Positions 32,611 through 43,020 of a stretch of DNA of 64,000 nt are shown in pieces. The stretch's first letter is position 1, and every line of letters starts with the position of its first letter. This DNA is from an uncultured Nitrososphaeraceae archaeon (lineage in GTDB: Archaea; Thermoproteota; Nitrososphaeria; Nitrososphaerales; Nitrososphaeraceae), in assembly GCA_963729045.1 (NCBI GenBank), contig CAVSMN010000018.1, positions 32,001-96,000 on the forward strand. The letters are read 5' to 3'. The translations under genes and the position numbers were made by a program. The notes under the pieces were generated by a model. That model was not told where the DNA came from, made no database searches, and was given only the letters and a program-made list of their open reading frames with translations.

Positions 32611-33471
32611 GTGGGAACCAGAAGTATTTGGAACGGCAGTATTTCATTTGGGTTAGTAAACATTCCAATAAAGTTATTTACAGTATCTGATAGCAGTAAC
32701 GAATATTCGTTTAACCAGTTGGATGAAAAAGGACATAAAATTCAGTATAAAAGATGGTGTCCAATAGAGGAAAAAGAAATCCCGTATGAAGAGATAAAAA
32801 AAGGGTACAAGATTGCAAAGGACGAATATATAATAATAGAAAAAGAAGATTTGGATAAAATTAAAGCAGAAACTACTAAAACAATTGACATCAAAGAATT
32901 TATTGACATCAAAGATTTTGACACTATTCTTATCGAAAAGAGTTATTATGTCTCCCCTTTTACGGATAAAACAAGTGGAAAAAGAAAAAGCAAACAAAAA
33001 GAAAGTGTTGTATCGGCTTCTACCAAGGCCTATAGATTATTTGTTAGTTCCCTTAAAGAAACAGACAAAATCGCAATAGGAAAGGTTGTGTTAAAAGATA
33101 GAGAACATGTGGTTGCCATTCGTCCATATCAAAGGGGTATGGTAATGCATCAACTAATGTACCAAGAAGAGATAACACCAATAGATGAAATAGACGGAAT
33201 GCCGGGGTCTGAATCTTCTGCATCTTCGGTACCTATAGATGAGAAAGAATTGGAACTTGGGAGAATGTTAATAGGAAATTTGACTAGTTCACAATTTGAC
33301 CAGACACAATATTCGGATGAATATACAAAACAATTAGAAAAAATGGTAACTGCAAAATCTAAAGGGATCACATACAAAACTGAAGAAAAAGAAGGTTTAG
33401 TGGATACTAGTAATAACCTATTAGAGGCTTTGAAAGCAAGTGTTCAAAGAAGCAAAACTGTCAAGAACTAA
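32611..33471 (+). CDS. ku: non-homologous end-joining protein Ku
   Basis: RSIWNGSISFGLVNIPIKL, EIKKGY, TIDIKEFI, EKSYY, AIGKVVL..REH..AIRP, Y.DEY, LLEALKASV. Confidence 0.96.
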   Translation: MGTRSIWNGSISFGLVNIPIKLFTVSDSSNEYSFNQLDEKGHKIQYKRWCPIEEKEIPYEEIKKGYKIAKDEYIIIEKEDLDKIKAETTKTIDIKEFIDIKDFDTILIEKSYYVSPFTDKTSGKRKSKQKESVVSASTKAYRLFVSSLKETDKIAIGKVVLKDREHVVAIRPYQRGMVMHQLMYQEEITPIDEIDGMPGSESSASSVPIDEKELELGRMLIGNLTSSQFDQTQYSDEYTKQLEKMVTAKSKGITYKTEEKEGLVDTSNNLLEALKASVQRSKTVKN

Positions 33472-33584
33472 TGCAAAATATGAACAAAAAAATCTTGCCG
33501 GGTATATCTGCCTTAGAAGAAGAAGTTGATGTAATAGTACATCTTTTTAATGAAGTTAGTTATTGACAGGTTGTTATATTTTTC

Positions 33585-36566
33585 TTAAACTTTGAAATCG
33601 GAAATGCGTTCAAGAATTTCTTCAAGATTTTGCTTGTGTGATAAAATATCCTTCCATGGATCTATTTTTCTCTTATAAAGGTCAGGTACTGTCTTTATTG
33701 TAAAATCGGTAGGGATAATGTCTACCAGTTCTTCCCATATTAGTGGAACTGAAACCGTCGCATCTTCTACCGGTCTTGTTGAAAAAACAGACGCCAGTGT
33801 TTTCCCAATAGAATTTTGATTATAATCTAAAAATACTTTTCCTTTTCTATCCGTTGTTTTCCATTCTGTAGTAATTTGACCAGGATTGCGTTTATTCAGG
33901 ATTTGAGATATTACTCGGGCAAATTCCCTCGTTTGCTTGTATGTATACATGTTAATTACTGGTAGGAATATGTGCAATCCTGTTTTTCCCGAAGTTTTAA
34001 CATATGATTTTATATTCAATTCATTAAAAATATCTTCCAAACCTAGAGCAATTTCCACTGTCGTTCTAAAAGCAGCTAAACTATAGGCTGGTTCCTTTGA
34101 TTCATTTTTATTATCAATGTTTATGTATGGATCCAAATCAAAAACTATAAAATCTGGATAATTTAATCCACATTCTTCCGTTTCTATTACATCCATTTTA
34201 TTGCATTGATCATAATCATTAACCCGACTATTCCATGGATGTATTTCAATACATCCCAAATTCACAAGCCATAGTAAAGTTTCCTTGTTATTACATACTA
34301 TATAGTTGATCTCATCATTATTTGATTCTGAATATACCTTTACTGTTCTAACATAGTGTGGTTTTATATTTTTCCAATCCTTTTGATAAAATGCTTTTCC
34401 ATATATTCCATCTGGATACCTACTAAGAGAGATGGGCCGGTCTTTAAGATAAGGTAGAAGAAGTTCGCTTATTTTATCGTAGTATTCCATTAAATCTCCT
34501 TTTGTAATAGCTGGACGATATTTTGTTGCGCTCCAAAACTCCTTTTTCAAATTGGAAAATTGTTGGTCAAGTTTAGTTATGGGATCACCGTTCTTATTAT
34601 TGGTTATTTTTAAGTCATTATCATCTTCATCCTTCTCTATGGTATCTGCAAACTTTGAATTTGTAAGACTTGAAATTTCAATGACACATTGGTATGGCGG
34701 CTTGTCTTCTCTAATTCTTAGAAATATAGGTGCCCGCATTATCTTGTTACAGGTCCAATTATTGAATTTCACTTCTACTACTGTTATGGGTCTTACCCAT
34801 ACTGTTTCCCTGTTAAGATATGGAATGTAATCAACAGGACAATATGGAATTTCTATTTCTCTTAGTTTTTTATGAATTAAGGAGAGGCTTTCAAAACTAA
34901 ATCCACTACCCGTATGACCTATGAATCGTAAGTTACTAATGTTATTTTTGGAATTGTCATTATTATTATTGGTATTAGTATGAATATCGTTTTGAGTATT
35001 ATCGATTGCCGCAAGTAAGAGAGATCCAAAATAATTCTTTCGGTTGCCTTCACCCCTTGTATAGCCTATCACCAAACAGTCCTGGGTTTTGATATTTTTT
35101 ATTTTAAGCCAGTCTCTTGTACGGATACCAGAATGATATTTGCTGTTCCTCTGTTTTCCAATTATCCCTTCCAAGCCCATCCTCTTTATGGTCTGAAAAA
35201 CATCTATCCCAAATTCCTCGACAAAGTCAGATATTCGTATTTTTGAGTTCTCTTTCTTAACCAGGTTGACTAGTATCTTTCTTCTTTCTGCAAATGGTAG
35301 CTGCATGAGGTTATTGTTGTCTAAACATAATATGTCGAACACATAATAAACTGCCGGATAATGTTCAGACAAAATTTCAATACTCTTTATAGAATCAACA
35401 TTCATCCTTTTTTGATGGTTTTGAAAATCGGGGTATCCATCATTATCTAAAATAACAATTTCCCCATCCAATATGACAAAGTCTTTGAACATATCTTCTT
35501 TTAGGGCACTTTTAAAAGTGTTCTCAAGTTCAGGATAGCGTTGAGTAATAGTATCACCTACACGTGATTTAATCGTGCAAGTTTTATTTAGCCTATCCAC
35601 AAGAGTGATAGCCCTTACCCCATCCCACTTTATTTCAAATATCCAATCCTTATTGTTAAATGGTTTATCCGTAAGAGACGGTAACATAGGTTTTATTCCT
35701 TCAAAGCACATTTGTTTTAAGGATCGATTAGCAGATGCCAGATTCATAGTGTCAAGACTATGATCCTCCAATTTATCCAGTATATCTGGATTCTCTGGGA
35801 TCTCCGCAGAGTATTTTATGATATTGTTGTCAACTTTTACATCTTTTTTTAGAGTCTTGCTGGATTTGTATTGCATTAAATCTCTATTTTTTTTGCCTGT
35901 TAACACCGATTCAGGTCTACTCTCTGTTATTTCTTTTTCACCATTCGTGTCGCCGTTGTTTGAGCCACAAGCAAAATCATCCTTTAATTTAATTAATAAC
36001 CACTGATTTTTGGTCCTAGTTTTCACCAAAGAAAATTTGCCTCTTAATTTCTGTCCATATAATACAAACGTAATCTTTCCATATTTTTTTTCTAGCTCAG
36101 ACACGTCTAAACCTTCTGGGATATCCTCTTGGTGTTCTTTCGCAGAATATTTCGTTAAAGATCTTTTTTCCAAGCTGTATTCACCAATATCCCATACTAT
36201 TACAGTTCCAGCACCGTAGTTTCCTTCAGGGATAACTCCTTCAAATGACAAGTAATCCACAGGGTGATCTTCTGTTTGTATTGCCAACCTCTTTATGGAT
36301 GGATCCAGCGATGGTCCCTTAGGGACGGCCCAGGATAAGAGAACATCCTCCTTAATAGATTCCAATCTAAAATCATAATGCAATCTTGTCGCTTCATGTT
36401 TCTGGACCACAAACCGAGGTCTTGATTTTGATTGGTTAAGATCGTCAGTTGAGATGATTGCATCGCCTGGAGCTGGAAAATTTTCTTTACTCAGATTGTT
36501 ATTTCCAATGGGCTCAGGAGATGCCTTAAAATTCCTTTTCTTCCTGTACTCGTCTAACATGTCCAA
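33585..36566 (-). CDS. ligD: multifunctional NHEJ DNA ligase D (phosphoesterase-ligase-primase/polymerase)
   Basis: PE: FVVQKHEATRLHYDFRLE, SWAVPKGPS, EDHP; LIG: EIKWDG, LDGE, VFDIL, EGII.K, WLKIK; POL: RYPDG, FYQK, FDLDP, KTSGKTGLH, LDYNQN. Confidence 0.96.
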   Translation of the reverse strand: MDMLDEYRKKRNFKASPEPIGNNNLSKENFPAPGDAIISTDDLNQSKSRPRFVVQKHEATRLHYDFRLESIKEDVLLSWAVPKGPSLDPSIKRLAIQTEDHPVDYLSFEGVIPEGNYGAGTVIVWDIGEYSLEKRSLTKYSAKEHQEDIPEGLDVSELEKKYGKITFVLYGQKLRGKFSLVKTRTKNQWLLIKLKDDFACGSNNGDTNGEKEITESRPESVLTGKKNRDLMQYKSSKTLKKDVKVDNNIIKYSAEIPENPDILDKLEDHSLDTMNLASANRSLKQMCFEGIKPMLPSLTDKPFNNKDWIFEIKWDGVRAITLVDRLNKTCTIKSRVGDTITQRYPELENTFKSALKEDMFKDFVILDGEIVILDNDGYPDFQNHQKRMNVDSIKSIEILSEHYPAVYYVFDILCLDNNNLMQLPFAERRKILVNLVKKENSKIRISDFVEEFGIDVFQTIKRMGLEGIIGKQRNSKYHSGIRTRDWLKIKNIKTQDCLVIGYTRGEGNRKNYFGSLLLAAIDNTQNDIHTNTNNNNDNSKNNISNLRFIGHTGSGFSFESLSLIHKKLREIEIPYCPVDYIPYLNRETVWVRPITVVEVKFNNWTCNKIMRAPIFLRIREDKPPYQCVIEISSLTNSKFADTIEKDEDDNDLKITNNKNGDPITKLDQQFSNLKKEFWSATKYRPAITKGDLMEYYDKISELLLPYLKDRPISLSRYPDGIYGKAFYQKDWKNIKPHYVRTVKVYSESNNDEINYIVCNNKETLLWLVNLGCIEIHPWNSRVNDYDQCNKMDVIETEECGLNYPDFIVFDLDPYINIDNKNESKEPAYSLAAFRTTVEIALGLEDIFNELNIKSYVKTSGKTGLHIFLPVINMYTYKQTREFARVISQILNKRNPGQITTEWKTTDRKGKVFLDYNQNSIGKTLASVFSTRPVEDATVSVPLIWEELVDIIPTDFTIKTVPDLYKRKIDPWKDILSHKQNLEEILERISDFKV

Positions 36567-36722
36567 TTCATTGTAATCGAATATCTTTGAATAATTGGAA
36601 AACTATAAAATAAACATATAGATACATTTTATGACTTAATGGTAGAATATAAGATCTAAAGAAGTAGAATAACTAGCATTTCTAATTCGGTTTAAAAAGA
36701 TCCACTCCATTTCATAGGTCAA

Positions 36723-36947
36723 CTACAAGGCTTTATTCTGGTTGTTCAACTTATTCATATATAGACTAAAAAAAATAAATCCACCAAATCCTAACAACAT
36801 CATTCCTGCAAACATAAAAAACAAAAGATAGAAGGCACCCATTAACCAATAGGCAGTAAAAATAAATCCCATAATGATAAAAAAGAAGGATAAACAGTAT
36901 AAGGCAATCGTTCCCAAGTTGTTTTTAAAATTGTCTCGTCTACTCAT
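36723..36947 (-). CDS. small two-TM membrane protein
   Basis: Two hydrophobic helices; ATG start with an AT box upstream. Confidence 0.6.
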   Translation of the reverse strand: MSRRDNFKNNLGTIALYCLSFFFIIMGFIFTAYWLMGAFYLLFFMFAGMMLLGFGGFIFFSLYMNKLNNQNKAL

Positions 36948-37088
36948 TTTGCAGTTTACTCTTTTTCTTATGTATATTATCAGCTATTAACATTGCATCA
37001 TTCATAGACTTGAAGATATATCCTTATTTATTATTGAAAGAAAATATGGTTATTACATATAAGACTTTCAAATGAATCATAAAGTTTG

Positions 37089-37505
37089 TTAGTTTGATGA
37101 AAGTTCTGATCCGCAAGTATTGCAATATTTCGAATCTGTAAGGTTTATTACTTTGCAATTTAGACATTCGATACTAAATCTATTTTCAAATTCCTTTTGA
37201 ACTCTATCAGAGGCAATAGATTCCATGTTATTAGCAAATTCATCCATCATTGTTTTGCATATTGAACCAAGAAAAATTGATGTAAATGGATCAGCGGCCA
37301 GGTGATATTTACCCCCCTCGCGTTTTTGTACATTTATTGAAATTTCAGCAAACTCTCCCTCATGAAGACCTAGATGTTTAGTTGAATATAGTTTGTCAAG
37401 ATTTGACTCTATTTTATGAAAGAAATAATATTCTTGAGGATAATTTTTCCTAAACCAATCGGTAAATTTTCTCCTTGATTCTTCACTAGGCATTTCACAT
37501 AACAT
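37089..37505 (-). CDS. hypothetical protein with C-terminal zinc ribbon
   Basis: C-terminal CLNC...N...SKYCNTCG. Confidence 0.7.
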   Translation of the reverse strand: MLCEMPSEESRRKFTDWFRKNYPQEYYFFHKIESNLDKLYSTKHLGLHEGEFAEISINVQKREGGKYHLAADPFTSIFLGSICKTMMDEFANNMESIASDRVQKEFENRFSIECLNCKVINLTDSKYCNTCGSELSSN

Positions 37506-37635
37506 CTAGAAACGAAAATATTTAAAAGATCAACTTTTAGACCTCAATATTGGATATTAGTGAGATTATTTTTCAAGTAATTGTATCATTAATGATAATA
37601 TTCGATTAATTATTTATTTTTTCGATTTAAAAAAA

Positions 37636-37758
37636 TTAGGCAGGTATTGACCCTTCTTCTACCTTTCCAATTTCTGATTGTTGCTGGGATATCTTCTTTT
37701 CCTTCTTTATCATTTTCTCTTGTTCTTCTTTCTGAGGTAATTCATATTCAAAGCACAT
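37636..37758 (-). CDS. 40-aa charged microprotein (not in ORF track)
   Basis: MCFEYELPQKEEQEKMIKKEKKISQQQSEIGKVEEGSIPA*; TTATATAA box at 37781-37788; T-tract after the stop. Confidence 0.55.
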   Translation of the reverse strand: MCFEYELPQKEEQEKMIKKEKKISQQQSEIGKVEEGSIPA

Positions 37759-38446
37759 ACATTATCTTAGGAAACATCATTTATATAATTAGTATTGAAA
37801 GAGAAAAAACAAGGGAATTTTAGGCTTAGGTAGAGGATAGAATTATCAAATCCATCTTACAAGACAAACTATGAATTTTCACCGAGTTCCAGATCTAGTT
37901 TCGATATTATGGTTGCATTTGTATCGGTACCAATGTTTGTATGAATATAAATCCAAAAGATCTGTTGATGATTAATGTTACTATCATTGGCGGATTCATT
38001 TTTTAAGCTAAAAAGATGCTTTTAATACATGAAATATTCCGAATATTTTCACTAAGGGTATGGAGTTTTTGCCCCGATTATAATCACAGAATCAAGCAAC
38101 TTAATTTGCTTTTTGTCTTTGAGTTTACCTTTCACATATTCTGTTAACCTATAATCAGTTGAAGGTTTGATCTTATTGGTAGATATCACTCATTAAAAAG
38201 AGTGCAAAGTGTACCACATGAAGACAAATACTGTTGTTATTAGTTTGGATTTCTTGAATAGTTTAAACAGTGTTTGTTAATTCAATTCTAATTAACTAAC
38301 TAGAATGACATTCATAGTTATTCATTTTCGTTTTACTAATTTGGATTAAGAAATTCACTTTCTATTTGTTATTGGCATATTAAATGTCTCAGATCAATGA
38401 ACTTTGTTATTATTTTTATATACAACATCACTATTTACTATAGTAG

Positions 38447-40162
38447 TTGAATATCTCTGAACAAACTACACTTCGTAATCGAAAAACTGATTTGATATAT
38501 GATATGGATACTGCAGTAAGTTACGGAATTCGTTTTTTAGAGAATGTCAGTGAGAGAATGGACATTTGCGTAGATAAGAATGGACCTTCTATAATCATAA
38601 AATCAGATATTTATAAGAGTAATTATATTAAAGCAAAAAATCGGGGTGCAAAAATCAGATTCATCACAGAGATTACAAAAGATAATATTCAATACTGCAA
38701 AAAGCTAGGTGAAATTGTAAGTGAACTCAGACATCTTGATGGAGTGAAGGGATCTGTATGTGTAAATGATTCGGAATTTTTAGGCATGTCAACTTGGAGT
38801 GAAACAAAACTTTTGAATCCTGTTATATACAGCAATGAAAGAGAAGTAATAGAACAACAACAATACATATTTGAAATGTTTTGGAAAAAGGCTGAACCTC
38901 TTACACAAAAACTAATGGAAATAGAAGAGGGAATTGTTCCCGAAGTTATGCAATCCAGGAATAGTCCTGTAGACATTCAAAATAAAGTCTTTGATCTTTT
39001 AAAGTCTGCTGAATCTGAAATACTGGTAATAATGTCTACTTCAAAAGCATTTCATAGACAGGCTGAATCAGGTACTTTTCAGTTATTAAAGGAGTTAGGA
39101 GATGCTAAACCATGGATAATTATTAAAATTCTAACTCCAAAAGATAATGAAATGGAGAGGCTGATAACAATACTAAATAAACCTAATTTTATAATCCGAT
39201 GCATTGAACCACTATCTAAAGTGTCAATACTGGTAATAGATAGAAAGCAGTCTCTCGTTGCGGAAACTAAAGATGATGCAAAACAAATCATATCAGAGGC
39301 TGTCGGATTTGTAACCTATTCAAATAGTGCACCCACAGTACTATCCTATGTAGCAATATTTGATAGTATTTGGAAACAAACAGAGATCTATCAGGAACTA
39401 AAAGATGCACATGAAAAATTAAAAATTCATGACAAAATGCAAAAGGAATTCATAAACATAGTGGCTCACGATTTAAGAACGCCTCTTACTCCAATCATCG
39501 GACTGACTGAGTATGTGAGAGATAAGACAAAAGATGTACATCATATGGAATTACTGGACAGAGTAGTAAAAGATGCAAAGAAATTATCCTATTTGAATGA
39601 AAAAATTTTGGACGTTACTAGATTTGAAAGTAAATTATTTAAACCAAATAAAGAGGTTTTTAGCCTTAATGAATTGATAGTGACCGTAATTAAAGAATTA
39701 GAACACATCTTGGATGATACAAAAAAAATAAAATTTGAATGCCATTTTGATACCGAATATCTAGTGGATGCGGATAGCAGAAGAATAGGACAAGTAATTT
39801 CTAATTTAATTGATAATTCTATTAAATCAATTTCAGAACAAGATACAGGGAGAGGAGTTATATCAATAACTACAAGTATTGAAAAGATAACTAGTACCAT
39901 TACCACTTCCAGAGACGACCATTACCCTCAACATATGGTTATTGTTAGTATAAAAGACACAGGTATTGCATTAGATAATGAGATATTACCTAGATTGTTT
40001 ACCAAATTTGCGACAAAGTCTTTTCAAGGTACAGGACTGGGATTGTATTTATCGAAAAATATTATAGAAGCGCACGGAGGTAAAATCTGGGCTGAAAATA
40101 ATAAAGATGGAATCGGAGCCACCATTTCGTTTAATTTACCTTTAACAAATAAAATAATCTAA
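38447..40162 (+). CDS. cytoplasmic sensor histidine kinase
   Basis: H box AHDLRTPL, N box QVISNLIDNS, DTG, GTGLGL, AHGG; duplicated TrmB/PLD-like N-terminal modules (RFITEIT, LRHLDG). Confidence 0.93.
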   Translation: MNISEQTTLRNRKTDLIYDMDTAVSYGIRFLENVSERMDICVDKNGPSIIIKSDIYKSNYIKAKNRGAKIRFITEITKDNIQYCKKLGEIVSELRHLDGVKGSVCVNDSEFLGMSTWSETKLLNPVIYSNEREVIEQQQYIFEMFWKKAEPLTQKLMEIEEGIVPEVMQSRNSPVDIQNKVFDLLKSAESEILVIMSTSKAFHRQAESGTFQLLKELGDAKPWIIIKILTPKDNEMERLITILNKPNFIIRCIEPLSKVSILVIDRKQSLVAETKDDAKQIISEAVGFVTYSNSAPTVLSYVAIFDSIWKQTEIYQELKDAHEKLKIHDKMQKEFINIVAHDLRTPLTPIIGLTEYVRDKTKDVHHMELLDRVVKDAKKLSYLNEKILDVTRFESKLFKPNKEVFSLNELIVTVIKELEHILDDTKKIKFECHFDTEYLVDADSRRIGQVISNLIDNSIKSISEQDTGRGVISITTSIEKITSTITTSRDDHYPQHMVIVSIKDTGIALDNEILPRLFTKFATKSFQGTGLGLYLSKNIIEAHGGKIWAENNKDGIGATISFNLPLTNKII

Positions 40163-41030
40163 AATAGTTCTTGATGTATGTTTCTATTTTAAAGGTTAAA
40201 CAATTAATAATTCGCGACGGTTTTTACATGGAGAAATAATCACACTCGACAAGTGATTATGACTAAACTTTAGTCTACTGATTTAAATTTGTTGGTAACT
40301 TCTGTATCATCATCATAAATCTAGTTTATGACCTCAAATATGACTTGCTAATTCTATATAAGAATAAAGGTTTTCTGTCACAAGATGTACAAATTAAATG
40401 TAATATAAAATATAAAATTTTGCCATATCATAATTACTATTATATCGTCATGGGCCGCGGGTTGCCTTTGTTCCTTTTCCTTGTTGTAATTATAACTTGG
40501 AGTTTGGTTCTTTTTATCATCCCGTAAATATTTGAGAAATATATTTTATATATGTTTTATCACAAAACATCAATACATTCAAACATATGATTTCTTTTAT
40601 GTGAAAAAAATTAGCAATATTTAGTAAATTATTCAAAAATATACATTAGTTAAGGAGCCATCATTTGGTCACATCTATTACTCCATTTTCTATTAATATG
40701 GAAGTAAACGAAATACGAAAATTATAGGAAAGAGACTTGGATGACATACGTGTCCTACTCCTTCAGAAATGATATGGAGAATCTTTTTTATTAAGAGTAA
40801 AATCTTCGTTGCGTTATTTATCATTTTTATCAATTCATGATTTAAGATGAAAGAAGTCCGTAGTCGACGAAAGTATTTGATCAAATATTAGAGGATTTAA
40901 CAGGAGGATCATTAACAGGCACGCAGTCATGTTCATACTGTTGATGCCACGTCAAACTTGACATCTAAATTAATTTGATAAAGTCTAAATTATATAAACC
41001 TGAAGATGACAAGTTTATCCTAACCGCCTA

Positions 41031-41267
41031 CTAAAAATTATCATTTTCTGGTGCCCCATTAAAAGATTTACAATTAGGACATTGCAATATTATGTCGCGA
41101 TAATTATAAACCATTACATTTTCTGCCAAGACAAATCCACAATATCCACAAATGTGGGATTCTAGTGCGATCCCTTTGAACAAAACATCTTTATCATCCA
41201 AAGTAAAAGTTGTATTCGTCTCTGTGTTTGGTGGCGATATGACTTGTAGTTTAACTATTTTAGTCAC
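41031..41267 (-). CDS. small Zn-ribbon protein
   Basis: CGYCG...LA and CPNCKSFN. Confidence 0.7.
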   Translation of the reverse strand: MTKIVKLQVISPPNTETNTTFTLDDKDVLFKGIALESHICGYCGFVLAENVMVYNYRDIILQCPNCKSFNGAPENDNF

Positions 41268-41515
41268 ATGACATTCATTTACATTATCGGATTTAAGGCA
41301 TCCTTATTTTTCTTATAAAGAAAGATAATCGAACAATAATACTTCAGTCATGATGATTTATTCGGACATTTAGATCTACCTGATTCTGTGTATATGCTGT
41401 TGACATGATTTTTTTTCTATAACAGGTTTAGTTATTACTCGCCCGTAGGGACCAACTTCCTTGTTTTATTGGGATTTTATCCAAAGAAAAAAAAGATTGT
41501 GTCAGCTAAGTAAAA

Positions 41516-42514
41516 TCACGACATGTTTAACAATTCCTTGGCTTCGTAGAAAGCAGATAATTCTTTTGATATATGATCAGCGAAAATTCCAAGTAATTCA
41601 AATTCAATAGGTGACAGAGTCTTTTTACTAAACATTGCCAGTACTCCTATAGGTTTTCCAGCATGGGTTATTGGATAACCTGCAAATGATCTCAGCTTTT
41701 CTTTTTCCGCCCATATGGGATACTTAATTCTGGGATCGTTTACTACATCATTTGTAATGACTGGTTTATTTCTCTTAACAATTGTGCCTATTTTGCTGTT
41801 TAACTTTATTGATACTTTCGAAAACTCGCCGTTGTTGTTTCTGTATTTTCCTGAGCTGAATTTTAAGATAAGATTTATGCTATCTTTATCTAACAACCAC
41901 ATTCTTGCAAATGTAGCATCAAAATATTTGACCAAGCTGTCTACTGTGAGTTGAAGCTTTGTGTTGAGATTTTCTGATTTCCTTAATGAATTTATTATTT
42001 TGTAAATTCTGAATTTCTTTTCGTTGGATTCTTGTTCGTCTAATATAGAATAAGGAGTTGCTTTTATGATTTTAGAATCATAAGTTCGATATTCTGAAAC
42101 CAACTCTGTAAAGCGGTTGATAAAATTATCACTTTCTAATTCATATTGTTCTATGGAATCAAAAACAAAATGACATATGAAATCAAAGTCTCCACTCATT
42201 CTAGCAGAAAACAAACAGAAATCTGAATTTTCAATGTATTTGTTTAATCTTTCCAGGAGGTCAGAAGTATTTCTAGTAATTTTGAATTTTAATAGAATGG
42301 TTCTGCTTATTTTATCCGAGATAAGAGATGGATTGAAGATGGGCGAATATCCCAAAATAGTATTAGATTGCTCTAACCTTTTTAACCTATATCGTATAGC
42401 TCTCTCCGTTATTTTATGTTCCATTTGTCGAATATGGTCTGCAATTTCAGCCACAGGTATACGAGCATTTTTACTTAAATCAGAAAGAATTACTTTATCG
42501 ATTTCATCAATCAT
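41516..42514 (-). CDS. Lrp/AsnC-family regulator fused to a C-terminal GAF domain
   Basis: DEIDKVIL..L.KNAR...EIA...AIRYRLKRLE HTH; SGDFDF RAM domain; FARMWL...TNDV.NDPR...SFAGYPI...GVLAMFS GAF. Confidence 0.88.
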   Translation of the reverse strand: MIDEIDKVILSDLSKNARIPVAEIADHIRQMEHKITERAIRYRLKRLEQSNTILGYSPIFNPSLISDKISRTILLKFKITRNTSDLLERLNKYIENSDFCLFSARMSGDFDFICHFVFDSIEQYELESDNFINRFTELVSEYRTYDSKIIKATPYSILDEQESNEKKFRIYKIINSLRKSENLNTKLQLTVDSLVKYFDATFARMWLLDKDSINLILKFSSGKYRNNNGEFSKVSIKLNSKIGTIVKRNKPVITNDVVNDPRIKYPIWAEKEKLRSFAGYPITHAGKPIGVLAMFSKKTLSPIEFELLGIFADHISKELSAFYEAKELLNMS

Positions 42515-42546
42515 CTTTATGACAAACTAAGATAAATTGATCTTTA

Positions 42547-42570
42547 TTTCTATTTCGGAAAAAATAGAAA
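42547..42570. promoter_or_regulatory. inverted repeat TTTCTATTT-N6-AAATAGAAA, candidate operator
   Basis: Perfect 9-bp arms in the divergent promoter between the Lrp-GAF gene and 42683. Confidence 0.4.
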
Positions 42571-42682
42571 ATCTAGCTGTCCTGTCCATCAGAAAGGCTC
42601 CATAACATTATTTCCGTTTCAGAAATATTGTGACATTTTTGTTTCAATGAAGAATATTACTTGGACTTTCGTATAATATATC

Positions 42683-42994
42683 ATGCAACTAGATTTGTTT
42701 GAAATTGACAGAGTAATTGATGATATGGCAAGGGGATATGCGGCTCCATGTGCTACAACATGGTTTAAGGTAACAAACAACAAGAATCCTACAAAGGAAG
42801 AGTATAGAAAAAAGGTGGTGGAATTTATGAAACATTTCGAATATGTTTTGGCTAATCTGTATCCTTCAAATACACAAACAGAATATCTCAGAGATTACGT
42901 AAAAGGTGGATTAAGAAAAGCAATCCATAGCATAAATAGTGGAAACAATAAAGAAGTAGAAAGACGCTATACATACTATACAGATTATTGCTAA
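42683..42994 (+). CDS. hypothetical protein
   Basis: 103-aa ATG ORF divergent from the Lrp-GAF regulator. Confidence 0.7.
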   Translation: MQLDLFEIDRVIDDMARGYAAPCATTWFKVTNNKNPTKEEYRKKVVEFMKHFEYVLANLYPSNTQTEYLRDYVKGGLRKAIHSINSGNNKEVERRYTYYTDYC

Positions 42995-43020
42995 TCTTCA
43001 AAATAAAAGGTAGACAGAAT

